NCBI GenBank assembly: GCA_028688755.1
Contig: JAQTXN010000001.1
Coordinates: 1-51,313 of the forward strand
DNA length: 51,313 nucleotides
From: Methylococcales bacterium
Lineage (GTDB): Bacteria; Pseudomonadota; Gammaproteobacteria; Methylococcales; Methylomonadaceae
Reading direction: 5' to 3'
Every line of letters begins with the position of its first letter. Position 1 is the stretch's first letter. A model generated the notes under the pieces. The model did no database searches. It saw nothing but the letters and a program-made list of their open reading frames with translations, and was not told where the DNA came from. The position numbers were made by a program, and so were the translations under genes. Shown one piece after another: positions 30,614 to 40,475 of the stretch.

Positions 30614-32060
30614 TATCTAATTGCCGCATTTTATCGTAAGCATAATCAAGCAGCGCAGTTGTGATTTTTGCATCTGCGCCTTGTTCTTGTAATGTCCTAA
30701 CCTGTTGTAAATACTCATTTAGCCGAATGTTTGCGCCTGCACTTTCTTGCGTTAATTGTGAGACACAAAATTCACGCCACGTTGCCCATTCCTGTGCATT
30801 CAACGTATTAGGATAATTTCTCGCTCGATAACGAAACAACATTTCAGGCAAACGTTTATCTTCGTAATGCGGCAAATTGGCTAATTTTTCAGGCGAGGCA
30901 TTGCGGATTTGTACCATCGCTTTTTTATCGACATGCGAAAAAAAACCGCCGCTATACAACGCTAAATCAACATTTATAGGCGTTTCTGAATCATCGTAAG
31001 GCTGATTGAAAACAGTCGCAATCTTCTCTGTAAAAGTTGATGGCTGTTGTTTTAAAACCGTTGCTAACAATTCTCCATTTTTCAAACAAGTCTCAACGTC
31101 AATCTTTAAACGCACCGCATCTTGTGGACGTAAAACCGACATCGGCGCAAGCACTGGGCATTTATTGATATGAACGGTTTTCAACGGAATTCGCGTGACA
31201 TTTTCGGGTAAATCTTCTTTTGCGACAAAAAGACGCTGTTTAATTTCTTCAGAAGAAAGCGTCAGCAACGACGTTGGGTCAACACTTAAATCATAAACGA
31301 CAATTTCATTCGCATTTTTCGGATGTACACAAAGCGGCAGCACAATTGCCAAACAGTTTTGAGTGGCGGGGTACATACCCGAAATATGGATTAGTGGCGT
31401 TCCAGTGCCAACAGCAAGTAATTTTGAGGCTTGTGCTTTAGTGCGATGCTCAAATAAAAACTGAAATAAACGCGGTTGTGCGCGACGCAATAAATTTGCT
31501 AACGCGAGCAGGGCATAAACATCTGCTAACGCATCATGCGCGTTTGAATGTTGAATGTTATTGGCAACAGTGAGCTGGTCTAATTTAAAAATCGGTTTTC
31601 TTTCATCATCATAAACCCAGTTAAAACCATCAGGACGCAGGGCTTGTGCGGCGCGGAACACATCGAGTAAATCCCAACGCGAATTTCCATTTTGCCATTC
31701 ACGTTCATAAGCATCGTAAAAATTACGATACAAACTATGGCGCGTCACTTCGTCATCAAAACGAATCGAGTTATAACCTAAGCTGCAAGTATGTGGTTGC
31801 GAAAGTTGAGCGTGAATTTGGTGCATAAATTCGGCTTCGCAAACACCTCTTTCATCGGCTTGTTGTGGTGTGATTTTAGTGATTAAACACGCTTGCGGAT
31901 GCGGCAAAACATCTAAACTTAATTTGCAAAAAATCGAAATCGGTTCATCGATAATGTTGAAATCTAAATCGGTTCGCACGCCTGCAAATTGCATCGGGCG
32001 GTCTTTTTGTGGATTTGCGCCTGTGGTTTCGTAATCGTGCCAAAAAAGAGAATGCGTCAT
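30603..32060 (-). CDS. sbcB: Exodeoxyribonuclease I
   Basis: [22 protein letters not shown]...[12 protein letters not shown]...HDALADV are the DEDDh exonuclease motifs of ExoI, followed by the SH3-like and helical C-domains. Confidence 0.9.
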   Translation of the reverse strand: MTHSLFWHDYETTGANPQKDRPMQFAGVRTDLDFNIIDEPISIFCKLSLDVLPHPQACLITKITPQQADERGVCEAEFMHQIHAQLSQPHTCSLGYNSIRFDDEVTRHSLYRNFYDAYEREWQNGNSRWDLLDVFRAAQALRPDGFNWVYDDERKPIFKLDQLTVANNIQHSNAHDALADVYALLALANLLRRAQPRLFQFLFEHRTKAQASKLLAVGTGTPLIHISGMYPATQNCLAIVLPLCVHPKNANEIVVYDLSVDPTSLLTLSSEEIKQRLFVAKEDLPENVTRIPLKTVHINKCPVLAPMSVLRPQDAVRLKIDVETCLKNGELLATVLKQQPSTFTEKIATVFNQPYDDSETPINVDLALYSGGFFSHVDKKAMVQIRNASPEKLANLPHYEDKRLPEMLFRYRARNYPNTLNAQEWATWREFCVSQLTQESAGANIRLNEYLQQVRTLQEQGADAKITTALLDYAYDKMRQLDINL

Positions 32061-32101
32061 AAAAGTTGGTGTTAAATTGAAAACTTCATTTTCTCACAGA
32101 C

Positions 32102-32140
32102 ACAAAAAAGCCGCCGCTTCTTAACGAAACGGCGGCTTTT
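32102..32140 (-). terminator. Rho-independent terminator downstream of the cold-shock gene
   Basis: On the - strand, AAGCCGCCG-loop-CGGCGGCTT (9-bp GC-rich stem) is followed by TTTTTTGTG, about 10 nt after the csp stop. Confidence 0.75.
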
Positions 32141-32149
32141 TAGTTAGCC

Positions 32150-32350
32150 TTAAAGTACGGTTACTTCTTCAGCTTGTGGACCTTTTTGACCTTGAGTCAC
32201 TGTGAATTGGACTTTTTGTCCTTCATCTAATGATTTGAAGCCTGAACCAGCGATATTACGGAAGTGAACGAATACATCTGGACCACTTTCTTGTTGAATA
32301 AAACCGAAACCTTTTTCAGCGTTGAACCACTTAACTGTACCTGTTGCCAT
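32150..32350 (-). CDS. cspA: Cold-shock protein, CspA family
   Basis: [30 protein letters not shown] contains the RNP1/RNP2 motifs; 66 aa. Confidence 0.95.
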   Translation of the reverse strand: MATGTVKWFNAEKGFGFIQQESGPDVFVHFRNIAGSGFKSLDEGQKVQFTVTQGQKGPQAEEVTVL

Positions 32351-32500
32351 TGTTGTAGCCTTTTTAAAAAATTTTGAAAACCCTTGCGGGTGGTAGAGCT
32401 GTGAAATTAAAGATTACTTCATGGATTAAGCAGGACGAGCGGTACAACTAAAACTTCGTGAAGATAAGCATAACGGTAAATCTATTTCGAGCTGGCTGCG

Positions 32501-32528
32501 ATTTTATAGACTTATTGGTATAAGTCAA
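32501..32528 (-). promoter_or_regulatory. Candidate sigma70 promoter for the csp gene, giving a 5' leader of about 145 nt
   Basis: On the - strand: TTGACT (32528-32523), a 16-nt spacer, then TAAAAT (32506-32501). The long untranslated leader is as expected for cspA-type genes. Confidence 0.4.
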
Positions 32529-32556
32529 TGAATTTTCTATGACAAATTCATTTCAG

Positions 32557-32982
32557 TTAATCCCAGCAACCTGCTGTATCGGGTGAGGTGCCATTTGCCC
32601 CTTTTTCACCTGTATTTTTAAGTGTCAATGTGCCACATACATCAGAGGTTTGTGCGCCATCTGGCGTTGCTGTGAGCGTGTAAGAAGTGGCATCAGACAC
32701 CAAACTTAATGTGTACGTTTTCGTCCCACCATCGGTAGGAACTTGATTAGCAAAAATCTGAGACATATCTGTGCCATCCGTTCCAGCTTTGTAACTATTA
32801 TTTTCAACGCGCCACTGTTCCATTGCCGTCGCAAAAGACACTAACGCGCCTTGCGCTTCAACACGTTTAGCTTTTCTAACGTGACTTTGATAACTTGGAT
32901 AACCCACACTCGTTAAAATCCCAACAATCGCCACTGCAATCATCAATTCAATTAACGTAAAACCCTTTTGTTTAGTTTTCAT
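32557..32982 (-). CDS. Type IV pilin (PilE/PilA-like major or minor pilin)
   Basis: Class III signal and N-methylation motif KQKGFTLIELMIAVAIVGIL. C-terminal disulfide loop C...C (CGTLTLKNTG...AGCWD). GGAG RBS upstream. Confidence 0.9.
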   Translation of the reverse strand: MKTKQKGFTLIELMIAVAIVGILTSVGYPSYQSHVRKAKRVEAQGALVSFATAMEQWRVENNSYKAGTDGTDMSQIFANQVPTDGGTKTYTLSLVSDATSYTLTATPDGAQTSDVCGTLTLKNTGEKGANGTSPDTAGCWD

Positions 32983-33463
32983 TTTTTACTCCGCTACGAA
33001 AGCCCGTTTTTTTTAAAATTTTAGTGCTGTAAAGCACGTCGTGACCTAAATTGAACTCGCCTAATAATACGACAATTTGCCCAATTTGGTGATGCACATC
33101 AGCTTCACTTTTGCCATGAACCATTGCAAATAAATTGTAATTCCAATCGGGTAAATGGCGCGGACGATGATAACAATGGCTCACAAATGGCAATCGTCCA
33201 ATGATTTCACCCAATAAATCCACGCGCTCATCTGGCACATTCCAAACGGTCATGCCGTTAAAGGTGTAGCCTAATTTGTAATGATTTGGCACGGCACCAA
33301 TGCGGCGAATGACACCATTTTTCTGCATTGCCTCAAATCGCGCCATGACGGTTTCAACAGGCAAATTCAATTGTTCTGCAACCGCATGATAAGGTTTTGA
33401 AACGAGCGGCAAACCTGCTTGTGTGGCTCTCATAATTTGCAAATCAATTTCTGAAAAATCCAT
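32972..33463 (-). CDS. Siroheme decarboxylase subunit, NirH/AhbB-like (AsnC-fold)
   Basis: IRRIGAVPNHYKLGY...VSHCYHRPRHLPDWNYNLFAMVHG...LYSTKILKKTG closely follows the NirH-type signature as I recall it. Confidence 0.7.
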   Translation of the reverse strand: MDFSEIDLQIMRATQAGLPLVSKPYHAVAEQLNLPVETVMARFEAMQKNGVIRRIGAVPNHYKLGYTFNGMTVWNVPDERVDLLGEIIGRLPFVSHCYHRPRHLPDWNYNLFAMVHGKSEADVHHQIGQIVVLLGEFNLGHDVLYSTKILKKTGFRSGVKNEN

Positions 33464-33919
33464 TTATGCCTCCAACTTTAAACCAACAAAATACTCGTTA
33501 ATTTTTGGCATATTAAAAACGTGTAAACCTGTTTGCAGCTCAATTTTTTCAAGTGTTTCGTCGAGTTGCAGCGGTGTTTCGGTTGCGACGACAAACCACA
33601 TATTTAATTCATGATTACGCTGATAGTTATGTGCGACTTCGGGAAACGCATTGACGATTTCAATGACTTTTTCAAAATCCGCGTCAGGAACTTTCAGTGC
33701 AGCAAGCGTTAACGCACCGCCCATTTTCTCAGCATGATATAACGCACCAAAACGAGTGAGCGTGCCATTTTCAAGCAATTTTTTTAACCGATTTAACACA
33801 TCGTCTTCAGTTAAACCTAATTCATTTGCTACTTGCAAATACGGCTCATCACAAATCGGAAAGCCATCTTGCAAATGATTTATCAAGCTCGCATCAATTT
33901 CGTCGTAATGTTTAGTCAC
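33464..33919 (-). CDS. Siroheme decarboxylase subunit, NirG/NirD/AhbA-like (AsnC-fold)
   Basis: GTG start. LINHLQDGFPICDEPY...LTRFGAL...VAHNYQRNHELNMWFVV matches the NirD/NirG-type motif HNYxRxxxxNxWF. Its stop abuts the next gene's ATG. Confidence 0.7.
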   Translation of the reverse strand: MTKHYDEIDASLINHLQDGFPICDEPYLQVANELGLTEDDVLNRLKKLLENGTLTRFGALYHAEKMGGALTLAALKVPDADFEKVIEIVNAFPEVAHNYQRNHELNMWFVVATETPLQLDETLEKIELQTGLHVFNMPKINEYFVGLKLEA

Positions 33920-34820
33920 GTTTTTTTCTCGCTAATTTTTTTGCAGCTTTTTCGGCGCGAATAATTTCAAGTTCAGCCATTTCTCGTTCAATCATTTCAG
34001 GCGTTTCAAGCGTTATTTTGCCCAATATTGTGGTGCGTAATTCGCCGATTAAAATTTTCGACACTTGGTCTACATTGATTTTTCCACCTGATTTCAAGCA
34101 ACCGCGTTTTCTGCCAATGATGTTGAGTAATTCCGTTTCATTTTCAGGCACGGTTTCGAGTTGATAACGCGCTTTGACGAATTCAGGATAATCGCGCAAC
34201 AAAAATTCTGCTGTCCACGAAGCAACATCTTCATGCGTAAAAGCGGTGTCTTTAATTGCACCCGTTGCGGCTAAACGATAACCGCTGTTTTGATTCTCGA
34301 TATTTCCCCAAAGCACACCAGGTGTATCAAATAAAACCAACCCATCGCCCAAATCAATACGTTGCTGATGTTTTGTCACCGCTGGTTCATCGCCTGTTTT
34401 GGCAATGGTTCGACCTGCTAACACGTTAATAATGGTCGATTTTCCCACATTCGGAATACCTGTAATCAGCGCGTGCAACGGTTTTGAGCGACTTTCTAAA
34501 CGTGGCACTAATTTATGGCAAAGCGAAGTGAGTTGTTTGATTTTATCGGTTTGATTCATCGCAACGGCTAAGGTTTTAACGCCTTTTTCGCGTTCAAGAT
34601 ATTCTTGCCATTCTTGCGTGCGCGAATCGTCTGCTAAATCGCATTTGCTTAATACTTTAATGCACGGTGTATCGCCGCGAAGTTTTGCGAGAGCAGGATT
34701 TTGACTACTAAATGGAATTCTCGCGTCGATGATTTCAATCATTAAATCAACGTGTTCAAGCGCAGCTTTAATTTCGCGGCTAGCTTTGTGCATGTGTCCT
34801 GGATACCACTGAATGAGCAT
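33912..34820 (-). CDS. rbgA: Ribosome biogenesis GTPase A (YlqF/RbgA, circularly permuted GTPase)
   Basis: MLIQWYPGHMHKA start. G4 SKCDL precedes G1 GIPNVGKST and G3 DTPG, the permuted order. The track start at 34856 is a TTG inside the intergenic repeat, so ATG 34820 is preferred. Confidence 0.85.
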   Translation of the reverse strand: MLIQWYPGHMHKASREIKAALEHVDLMIEIIDARIPFSSQNPALAKLRGDTPCIKVLSKCDLADDSRTQEWQEYLEREKGVKTLAVAMNQTDKIKQLTSLCHKLVPRLESRSKPLHALITGIPNVGKSTIINVLAGRTIAKTGDEPAVTKHQQRIDLGDGLVLFDTPGVLWGNIENQNSGYRLAATGAIKDTAFTHEDVASWTAEFLLRDYPEFVKARYQLETVPENETELLNIIGRKRGCLKSGGKINVDQVSKILIGELRTTILGKITLETPEMIEREMAELEIIRAEKAAKKLARKKRD

Positions 34821-34850
34821 TTTGTTTCCGATGTTGAATAAAAAACTATT

Positions 34851-34965
34851 CGCCAAATTGTGTAGGATTCTGCTTTAAGAATGAACCCAAACACAGGGCG
34901 ACTAAAACAAACAGTGTAACTGAACAACAGATAAATAGGCGATTTTCACTACGAAAACCGATGAT
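34851..34965. repeat. Copy A of a direct repeat of about 115-125 bp (partner at 40476..40599)
   Basis: Hand alignment: CGCCAAAT(T/C)GTGTA(G/A)GATTCTGCTTT, AAACACAGG, CTAAAA, a perfect 16-mer ACAGTGTAACTGAACA, GGCGATTTTC(A/G)CTAC and a terminal ATGAT are shared in the same order and orientation. Confidence 0.7.
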
Positions 34966-34981
34966 GAAGTGGCTCGTTGCT

Positions 34982-36196
34982 TTACGTTTTAATAATGCTT
35001 GGCATACTACGTTTTTTTATCAAACAACGTCTTTTTTGTCGCCAACGGATAATGCCTGTTACATAAAGAATCAACGGTACAAAACCAGTGAATAGAACAA
35101 TAAGTTGCCCCGTAAATCCAAATGCTTCCCCGCTATGTAATGACAATTGCCATTCATCAAAAATATCACCTGATGTTTGTTTAGTTTTATCCGTGTGGTA
35201 AATGATTTCACCGCTATGAGCATCAACGACGATTATTTTTTGTCTACTTGAAAACAAAATTTTATTGCCTTGGTGTTTGAAAATTTTAAAAATCTCATTC
35301 TCGTGAGTAGGGAAAAAAACCGTTGTGACTACGCCTTCTGGAATAGTTTGATTGGCAATATCTATGGCTTGATTTACGGTAATATGAGTGTGGTTAAAAT
35401 TGGAAATAGCTGGCGGACGGTGAAAAGAAAGCGTTTTCTCTGTTAGGGGTGAAAACAGATTCACTAAGCCGTGGATTTGTTTTGGAAATGGCACTTCAAA
35501 ACTCAAATAAGCTCCAGTGAATAACATGATAAACACTATTATTGCTGGGTACACACCAAAAACTTTATGCAAATCATAGTTAAATCGCTCTTCGCTTGCC
35601 CAACGTTTGATAGTCAATGCCGCTTTTAAATGATTGCGATTAGGACACCAAAGTACGATGCCGCTGATTAGCGAAATTAGCATCAATAGCGCAATGGAGC
35701 CTGTCAAAATAGCCCCAATTTCACCAAGCCAAAAAGAATCATGAAAACGGTAAATCAACGCCATCAAAGGTCCATGCCAACTACAACAAGAGTCAAAGTT
35801 TCCCCAAAGTCGTTGACCTAATACTTTAGCTGTGTAGGGATTTACAAAGATTTGGTAATTGTCCGATGACGGCGGAATGTTGTAAGCAACTTCAAATACA
35901 TCGCCTGTTTGCTGGGGAAAAGAAAGTCTGTTTGCAAACACGCCACCTTGCGGAATAGCCGTTTTGGCAGAAGCAATAATTTCCTCAATTGGACGAAATG
36001 GACTGTCATTAGGCACATTAACTTGCATCATATTTGCGTTTAGCCAAGTATCAATTTGGGACGCAAACACAATTAAACTGCCGCTTAAACTGATAAGTAC
36101 GAAGACGGCACCAACAAAAAGTCCCAAGTACAAATGCACATCTAACCAAAGTTTGCGGCGTGTTTTAAGTTTTACTGAACACCTGTTTTTTTTCAT
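34982..36196 (-). CDS. PepSY-associated TM-helix domain protein (PiuB-like, siderophore-utilisation associated)
   Basis: N-terminal RRKLWLDVHLYLGLFVG, 4 TM helices with a large periplasmic loop, and a C-terminal basic tail. It lies adjacent to a TonB-dependent receptor. Confidence 0.8.
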   Translation of the reverse strand: MKKNRCSVKLKTRRKLWLDVHLYLGLFVGAVFVLISLSGSLIVFASQIDTWLNANMMQVNVPNDSPFRPIEEIIASAKTAIPQGGVFANRLSFPQQTGDVFEVAYNIPPSSDNYQIFVNPYTAKVLGQRLWGNFDSCCSWHGPLMALIYRFHDSFWLGEIGAILTGSIALLMLISLISGIVLWCPNRNHLKAALTIKRWASEERFNYDLHKVFGVYPAIIVFIMLFTGAYLSFEVPFPKQIHGLVNLFSPLTEKTLSFHRPPAISNFNHTHITVNQAIDIANQTIPEGVVTTVFFPTHENEIFKIFKHQGNKILFSSRQKIIVVDAHSGEIIYHTDKTKQTSGDIFDEWQLSLHSGEAFGFTGQLIVLFTGFVPLILYVTGIIRWRQKRRCLIKKRSMPSIIKT

Positions 36197-36270
36197 GTTG
36201 GTAAAAGATTGGAAAATTGTTTGGATTAGCGGATTTTCTAATTGTCGAAAATCCGCTGTAACTAACCTTT

Positions 36271-38670
36271 TTAATACTCCAATTTCAACGACCCCATCAC
36301 ACTAAGAGGATTACCAGTGATGGTATTACTCGCGCCTTGCGTCGTAGCACCTGAATAGTATTCTTTGTCTAACACATTATTGAGATTCACTTGTGTAGTT
36401 AAGCGTGTTTTACCAATCGGTTTAACATAAGCTGCCATCATGTCCATTCGTACATAACCAGGCAATTCCAATGTACTCCACGATTGACCAGCTCTTGAAT
36501 CAACGACAATACCACCGATTCCAGCCTTAAATTCTGGGGTAAATTGATACGTCCCCCATAAACTTGCCTGATGCTCTGGCACATTTATAAGGCGTTTTCC
36601 TAATGCACCATTAGTATTTGCACCATTTTGAGTAACTCTTGCATCCGTATAGGCATATGTCAAAATCAAATTAAGCTCATCCGTAATACGACCTTTAATA
36701 TCCGCCTCAATCCCTTGACTTCTAGCCTCTCCTGCCGTGACTGAAAAGCCTGGGTGTTTGGAATCTGGTAGCTGTACATTCTGTTTAGTTAAATGATAGA
36801 AAGATACGGTACTTGAAAGTCTTTGATCAAAGAATTCCGTTTTAAAGCCAGCTTCGAATTGCTCACCAATTTCAGGTTTAATGGGTTGATTCCCATATAC
36901 CATTCCCGTATTAGCACTGCCAAGCGACTCGGTATAGTTGCCATATAGTGAAAGCCATGACATAGGTTGATACAGTACACCTACTCTTGGACTGAATTTC
37001 TGATTGTCACTACTTTTATAATTGGCACTCGCCACATCATAGTCGCCCTTACCAAAATCAGAACCTCTTCCAAATGTTGCCCAATCGTAGCGACCACCGC
37101 CTAAAATATGGAGTTTTTCAAATAAGGTAATATGGTCTTGGAAATATACGCCAAACCATTCTTCTTTTTCTTTTGTCGCGTAGTCATAAGGCGATGAATA
37201 AATGGCTGCTAGGTTAGCCGTGTTGTATGTCGGATTATAAATATCAACCGTGCCGCCAGTATTATTCCCACTACAACATGCAAATCTATTGTCGTCTGCT
37301 TTTCTGGTTCTACGCGAAAAATCACCACCGACTAATACTTCATGTTTTGTATTTAAAATATCAACATGACCAATCAAATCCAAATTAGTTCCATAGGTGT
37401 CGTGGTATGCCATACCAGTGATAGGAAATCTCTGTAACATGGTAGAGTCAATCATGTATTGCGGTTGAAGATCGAAATAATTTATATCCCAATCTTCGTG
37501 CATAAACCGATTTTTAACTTGCCATTTATCATTGAATTTATAAGACCAATCAAACGCCGTTAGGATGGAATTCATAACAGGTCCTTTATTCAAATCTCCG
37601 AGAAAAGTATTTAATGCCACTGGTGCAGGACGACTGCCAATAGTCGGTATCCCATTATCATTCACCCGTTTTTCATGTTTATATTCTAATTCTGCATTTG
37701 CTTCGAATCGATCGTTAGGTGTCCAACTAAGTTTAGGAGCCAAAAACACGCGCTCATCGCCAACATATTTTTTGAAAGATCCCATATCTTGATAAGACGC
37801 ATCAAGGCGATATTCTAGTGTTTTAGCCTCATCAATTGGACCAGTAGCTGCTGCGGTGGTGCGGTATTGGTCATAGTTTCCAAATTGTTGCTGCAATGAA
37901 TAATAAGGTGTATTGGAAGCTTTTTTAGTCACAACGTTGACCATGCCACCTGGTTGGATTTGACCATATAAAACCGCTGCGGGACCTTTTATAATTTCGA
38001 GTTCTTCAATATTGGACGGATCAGAATAGTTGGTGTAGCGACGAAGTCCGTTGCGATAGGTAGAAAAATTGGTACTAAAGCCGCGAATATTAAAATTTTC
38101 ATACAGATCGCCATACTCAGGATTTCGCTGTACGCCACTGACATTTTTAGTTAATGCGTCCGAGACTTCGACATCTTGCTGGTCATCCATGATGGCTTTT
38201 GATACGACTTGAATGTTGACAGGCGTTTCCATAATCGGCGTATTCGTTTTTGTGGCAGAACTGGAGTTTGTTGCACTGTAAGCGGTTGGGTCATTTTCAA
38301 TTTTTCCAACAACGGTCATTGGCTTTAACGTAATCGTATCGAGATTATCCGTTGTTGACGATTCTGATTTCGTCGCTTTAATGGCAACGGTGTTATCGCT
38401 GGTAAAATCAAAAACCAAACCACTTTGCGCGAGCATTTTTTGCAAGGCTTCCCGTTTACTCAAATGCCCTTTGATTGCTGGACTGCTCTTATTCGCAAGT
38501 GCTTCGTCGGCATAAAACGTTTGCAAACCCGTTTGTTGATTCAATTGCTCTAACGCCGACGCTAAAGGTTGTGCGGGGATGTTGAAATCAAATTTGTTGT
38601 CATCAGCAAGGGCTATCGAAATACACGCGGCAAGCGGTAGACTAGCGATAAATTTTGGAAAAGTACGCAT
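36271..38670 (-). CDS. TonB-dependent siderophore receptor with N-terminal signalling (STN) domain (FecA/FpvA-type transducer)
   Basis: Signal peptide MRTFPKFIASLPLAACISIALA and an STN domain (FNIPAQPLASALEQLNQQTGLQ). Plug motifs (ETPVNIQVV, IEELEIIKGPAAVLYG), a long beta-barrel and a terminal ...GSLKLEY. Start set at ATG 38670 after an AGGAG RBS. Confidence 0.9.
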   Translation of the reverse strand: MRTFPKFIASLPLAACISIALADDNKFDFNIPAQPLASALEQLNQQTGLQTFYADEALANKSSPAIKGHLSKREALQKMLAQSGLVFDFTSDNTVAIKATKSESSTTDNLDTITLKPMTVVGKIENDPTAYSATNSSSATKTNTPIMETPVNIQVVSKAIMDDQQDVEVSDALTKNVSGVQRNPEYGDLYENFNIRGFSTNFSTYRNGLRRYTNYSDPSNIEELEIIKGPAAVLYGQIQPGGMVNVVTKKASNTPYYSLQQQFGNYDQYRTTAAATGPIDEAKTLEYRLDASYQDMGSFKKYVGDERVFLAPKLSWTPNDRFEANAELEYKHEKRVNDNGIPTIGSRPAPVALNTFLGDLNKGPVMNSILTAFDWSYKFNDKWQVKNRFMHEDWDINYFDLQPQYMIDSTMLQRFPITGMAYHDTYGTNLDLIGHVDILNTKHEVLVGGDFSRRTRKADDNRFACCSGNNTGGTVDIYNPTYNTANLAAIYSSPYDYATKEKEEWFGVYFQDHITLFEKLHILGGGRYDWATFGRGSDFGKGDYDVASANYKSSDNQKFSPRVGVLYQPMSWLSLYGNYTESLGSANTGMVYGNQPIKPEIGEQFEAGFKTEFFDQRLSSTVSFYHLTKQNVQLPDSKHPGFSVTAGEARSQGIEADIKGRITDELNLILTYAYTDARVTQNGANTNGALGKRLINVPEHQASLWGTYQFTPEFKAGIGGIVVDSRAGQSWSTLELPGYVRMDMMAAYVKPIGKTRLTTQVNLNNVLDKEYYSGATTQGASNTITGNPLSVMGSLKLEY

Positions 38671-38765
38671 AAAAATCTCCTCTAAAGTTAAATGGTTTAA
38701 AAACACTCCATAAAACTTGAGACGAGTTTATTTAATTGCACCGCCACTTTTTAGTAAAAAGATTT

Positions 38766-39728
38766 TTATTTTCCCGAAACCAAAACTGTTCGCTCGCCCA
38801 TTTTTGTAAATTTAATCGGCAACGCGCTGGCAATCGTATTGAGCGCAAGACTTAAATTATCGGCAGGGAATGTGCCGCTGACACTGAGGTTTTGTGGCGT
38901 ATTTTCAGACAGTTGCAATTCAACATCGTGATAACGCGCTAATTGCGCTAAAACGTCACGCAACGGTTGTTTTTTGAAAATCAATTTTCCTGTTTGCCAT
39001 GCGGTAACGCTATTCACATCGGTTTTTTCCAGCGGCGCAATTTGCCCTTGCTCGTTATAACTGGTTTGCAAACCAGCAATAATGTGACGCGGCGTTGGAT
39101 TTTCAGATGTCGTAATTTGCACTTCGCCTTCTAAAACCGTGACAGCCACTTGATTGTCGTGCTGATAAACATTAAAACGGGTTCCAACATCTTCAATCAC
39201 GCCTTTTGCCGCCGCAACGGTGAAGGGTTTTTTATCATTGTGAACGACAGAAAATAACGCTTCGCCTCGAATAAAATTAACCTCTCTGCCCATAAAACCG
39301 TAATGCACGTTTAATTGCGTATCCGTATTTAAAATAATTTGCGAACCATCTGCTAATTGAACCGTTTGTCGTTCACCTTTTGCTGTTTGATAGGTTTGCG
39401 TGGTGGCGTGAAAATACAAATACGGCGAAATCCCCATCATCAAAATAACTGAAAATGCCAATGCTAAACGTGGTGAAAACAAGCGTGGTGGCGCGGGTGG
39501 GCGTTGCAAATAATGGCGCGCGGCGGTGAGTTCTTGATTGATGAGCGGTTCAACAGAATTTAAGTTCTGCCAAAAATTTTGCACGTCTTGATAAGCCTGT
39601 GCGTGCGCGGGTTTTTTAAGCAACCATCTGGAAAAATCGCGGCGTTCTTCTTCTGTACAATCGTGAGATTGTAAACGTGTGAGCCAAAAACTTGCCTGTT
39701 GATGAATAGAATTCGATTTTGTTTTCAT
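38766..39728 (-). CDS. fecR: FecR-family anti-sigma factor / transmembrane sensor
   Basis: N-terminal anti-sigma region (QASFWLTRLQS...W), a single TM and a periplasmic FecR domain (Y.T.KGERQTVQLADGSQIILNTDT...). It sits between the ECF sigma and the TBDR. Confidence 0.85.
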   Translation of the reverse strand: MKTKSNSIHQQASFWLTRLQSHDCTEEERRDFSRWLLKKPAHAQAYQDVQNFWQNLNSVEPLINQELTAARHYLQRPPAPPRLFSPRLALAFSVILMMGISPYLYFHATTQTYQTAKGERQTVQLADGSQIILNTDTQLNVHYGFMGREVNFIRGEALFSVVHNDKKPFTVAAAKGVIEDVGTRFNVYQHDNQVAVTVLEGEVQITTSENPTPRHIIAGLQTSYNEQGQIAPLEKTDVNSVTAWQTGKLIFKKQPLRDVLAQLARYHDVELQLSENTPQNLSVSGTFPADNLSLALNTIASALPIKFTKMGERTVLVSGK

Positions 39729-39786
39729 AAAGAAGTTTGAGGCGATAAAGGCAGGCTATGAAAACGATGATTATAAACGAACACGC

Positions 39787-40299
39787 TTACAAATCCTGAC
39801 CGACGCTTTTAGCAAAACAATGCGCGAGTGCTTTCGCGCAATAACGTTCAACCGTGCGTTGCGGTAAATTCAATGCTTGAGCAATTTCGCTGTGCGATTT
39901 GCCATCAAAACGATGCAATAAAAAAACATGACGATACACGTCAGGCAGTTCGTTTAAGGCTTGCAAACACTGTTTCAAAATTTGTTGACTATCCAAATGA
40001 GCGGCAATTTCAGGTTGTGGCGAATGCACATTATCAAACACAACTTCGGTGTCGGAATCAAAATGCTTTTTATGCACTTTATCGTGGCGATGATAATCAA
40101 AACCTAAATTTGCAATGATTTTATAAAGATACGCGCGGGGATTTTGAATGGTTGCAGAATCAGGATGTTGCAACAAACGTAAATAGGCTTCTTGTACTAA
40201 ATCTTCTGCGTCAATTTGACTAAAGCTGGAATTCGCAAAACTTAATAACTCTAAACGATGATGACGAAATAGCGTCTCGAAAAAACGGTGTTTGGACAT
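39787..40299 (-). CDS. fecI: ECF sigma-70 factor, FecI-like
   Basis: Region 2 (DAEDLVQEAYLRLL...YLYKIIANLGFDYHR) and region 4 (LPDVYRHVFLLHRFDGKSHSEIAQALNLPQRTVERY). ATG 40299 is preferred over the TTG at 40323. Confidence 0.85.
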   Translation of the reverse strand: MSKHRFFETLFRHHRLELLSFANSSFSQIDAEDLVQEAYLRLLQHPDSATIQNPRAYLYKIIANLGFDYHRHDKVHKKHFDSDTEVVFDNVHSPQPEIAAHLDSQQILKQCLQALNELPDVYRHVFLLHRFDGKSHSEIAQALNLPQRTVERYCAKALAHCFAKSVGQDL

Positions 40300-40475
40300 A
40301 ACGGGCAGTAAAAAATAATTCAATTACCGTTTGTTAAGGCAACAACTGAGCCGATGAAATTAAAACAACGCTAAGTCAGTAAGTTATCGATTTAGAAAAT
40401 AAGGGGTTATTTTTTAATTAGGGGATATGCCGCAGGAGTGAGCGATATGACACATACCAATGTTGAAAGAATTAT

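Noticed and set aside
34821-34856. TTG-initiated 12-codon extension of rbgA.
   Set aside because: YlqF/RbgA proteins start at M-x-IQW(F/Y)PGHM. The extension uses a TTG and runs into the conserved intergenic repeat.
40300-40335. Possible Fur box (GGTAATTGAATTATTTTTT on the - strand) and a TTG start (40323) upstream of fecI.
   Set aside because: By eye it matches only about 10 of 19 positions of the GATAATGATAATCATTATC consensus, which is too weak to call. Iron regulation is expected for a FecIR cluster but is not demonstrated here.
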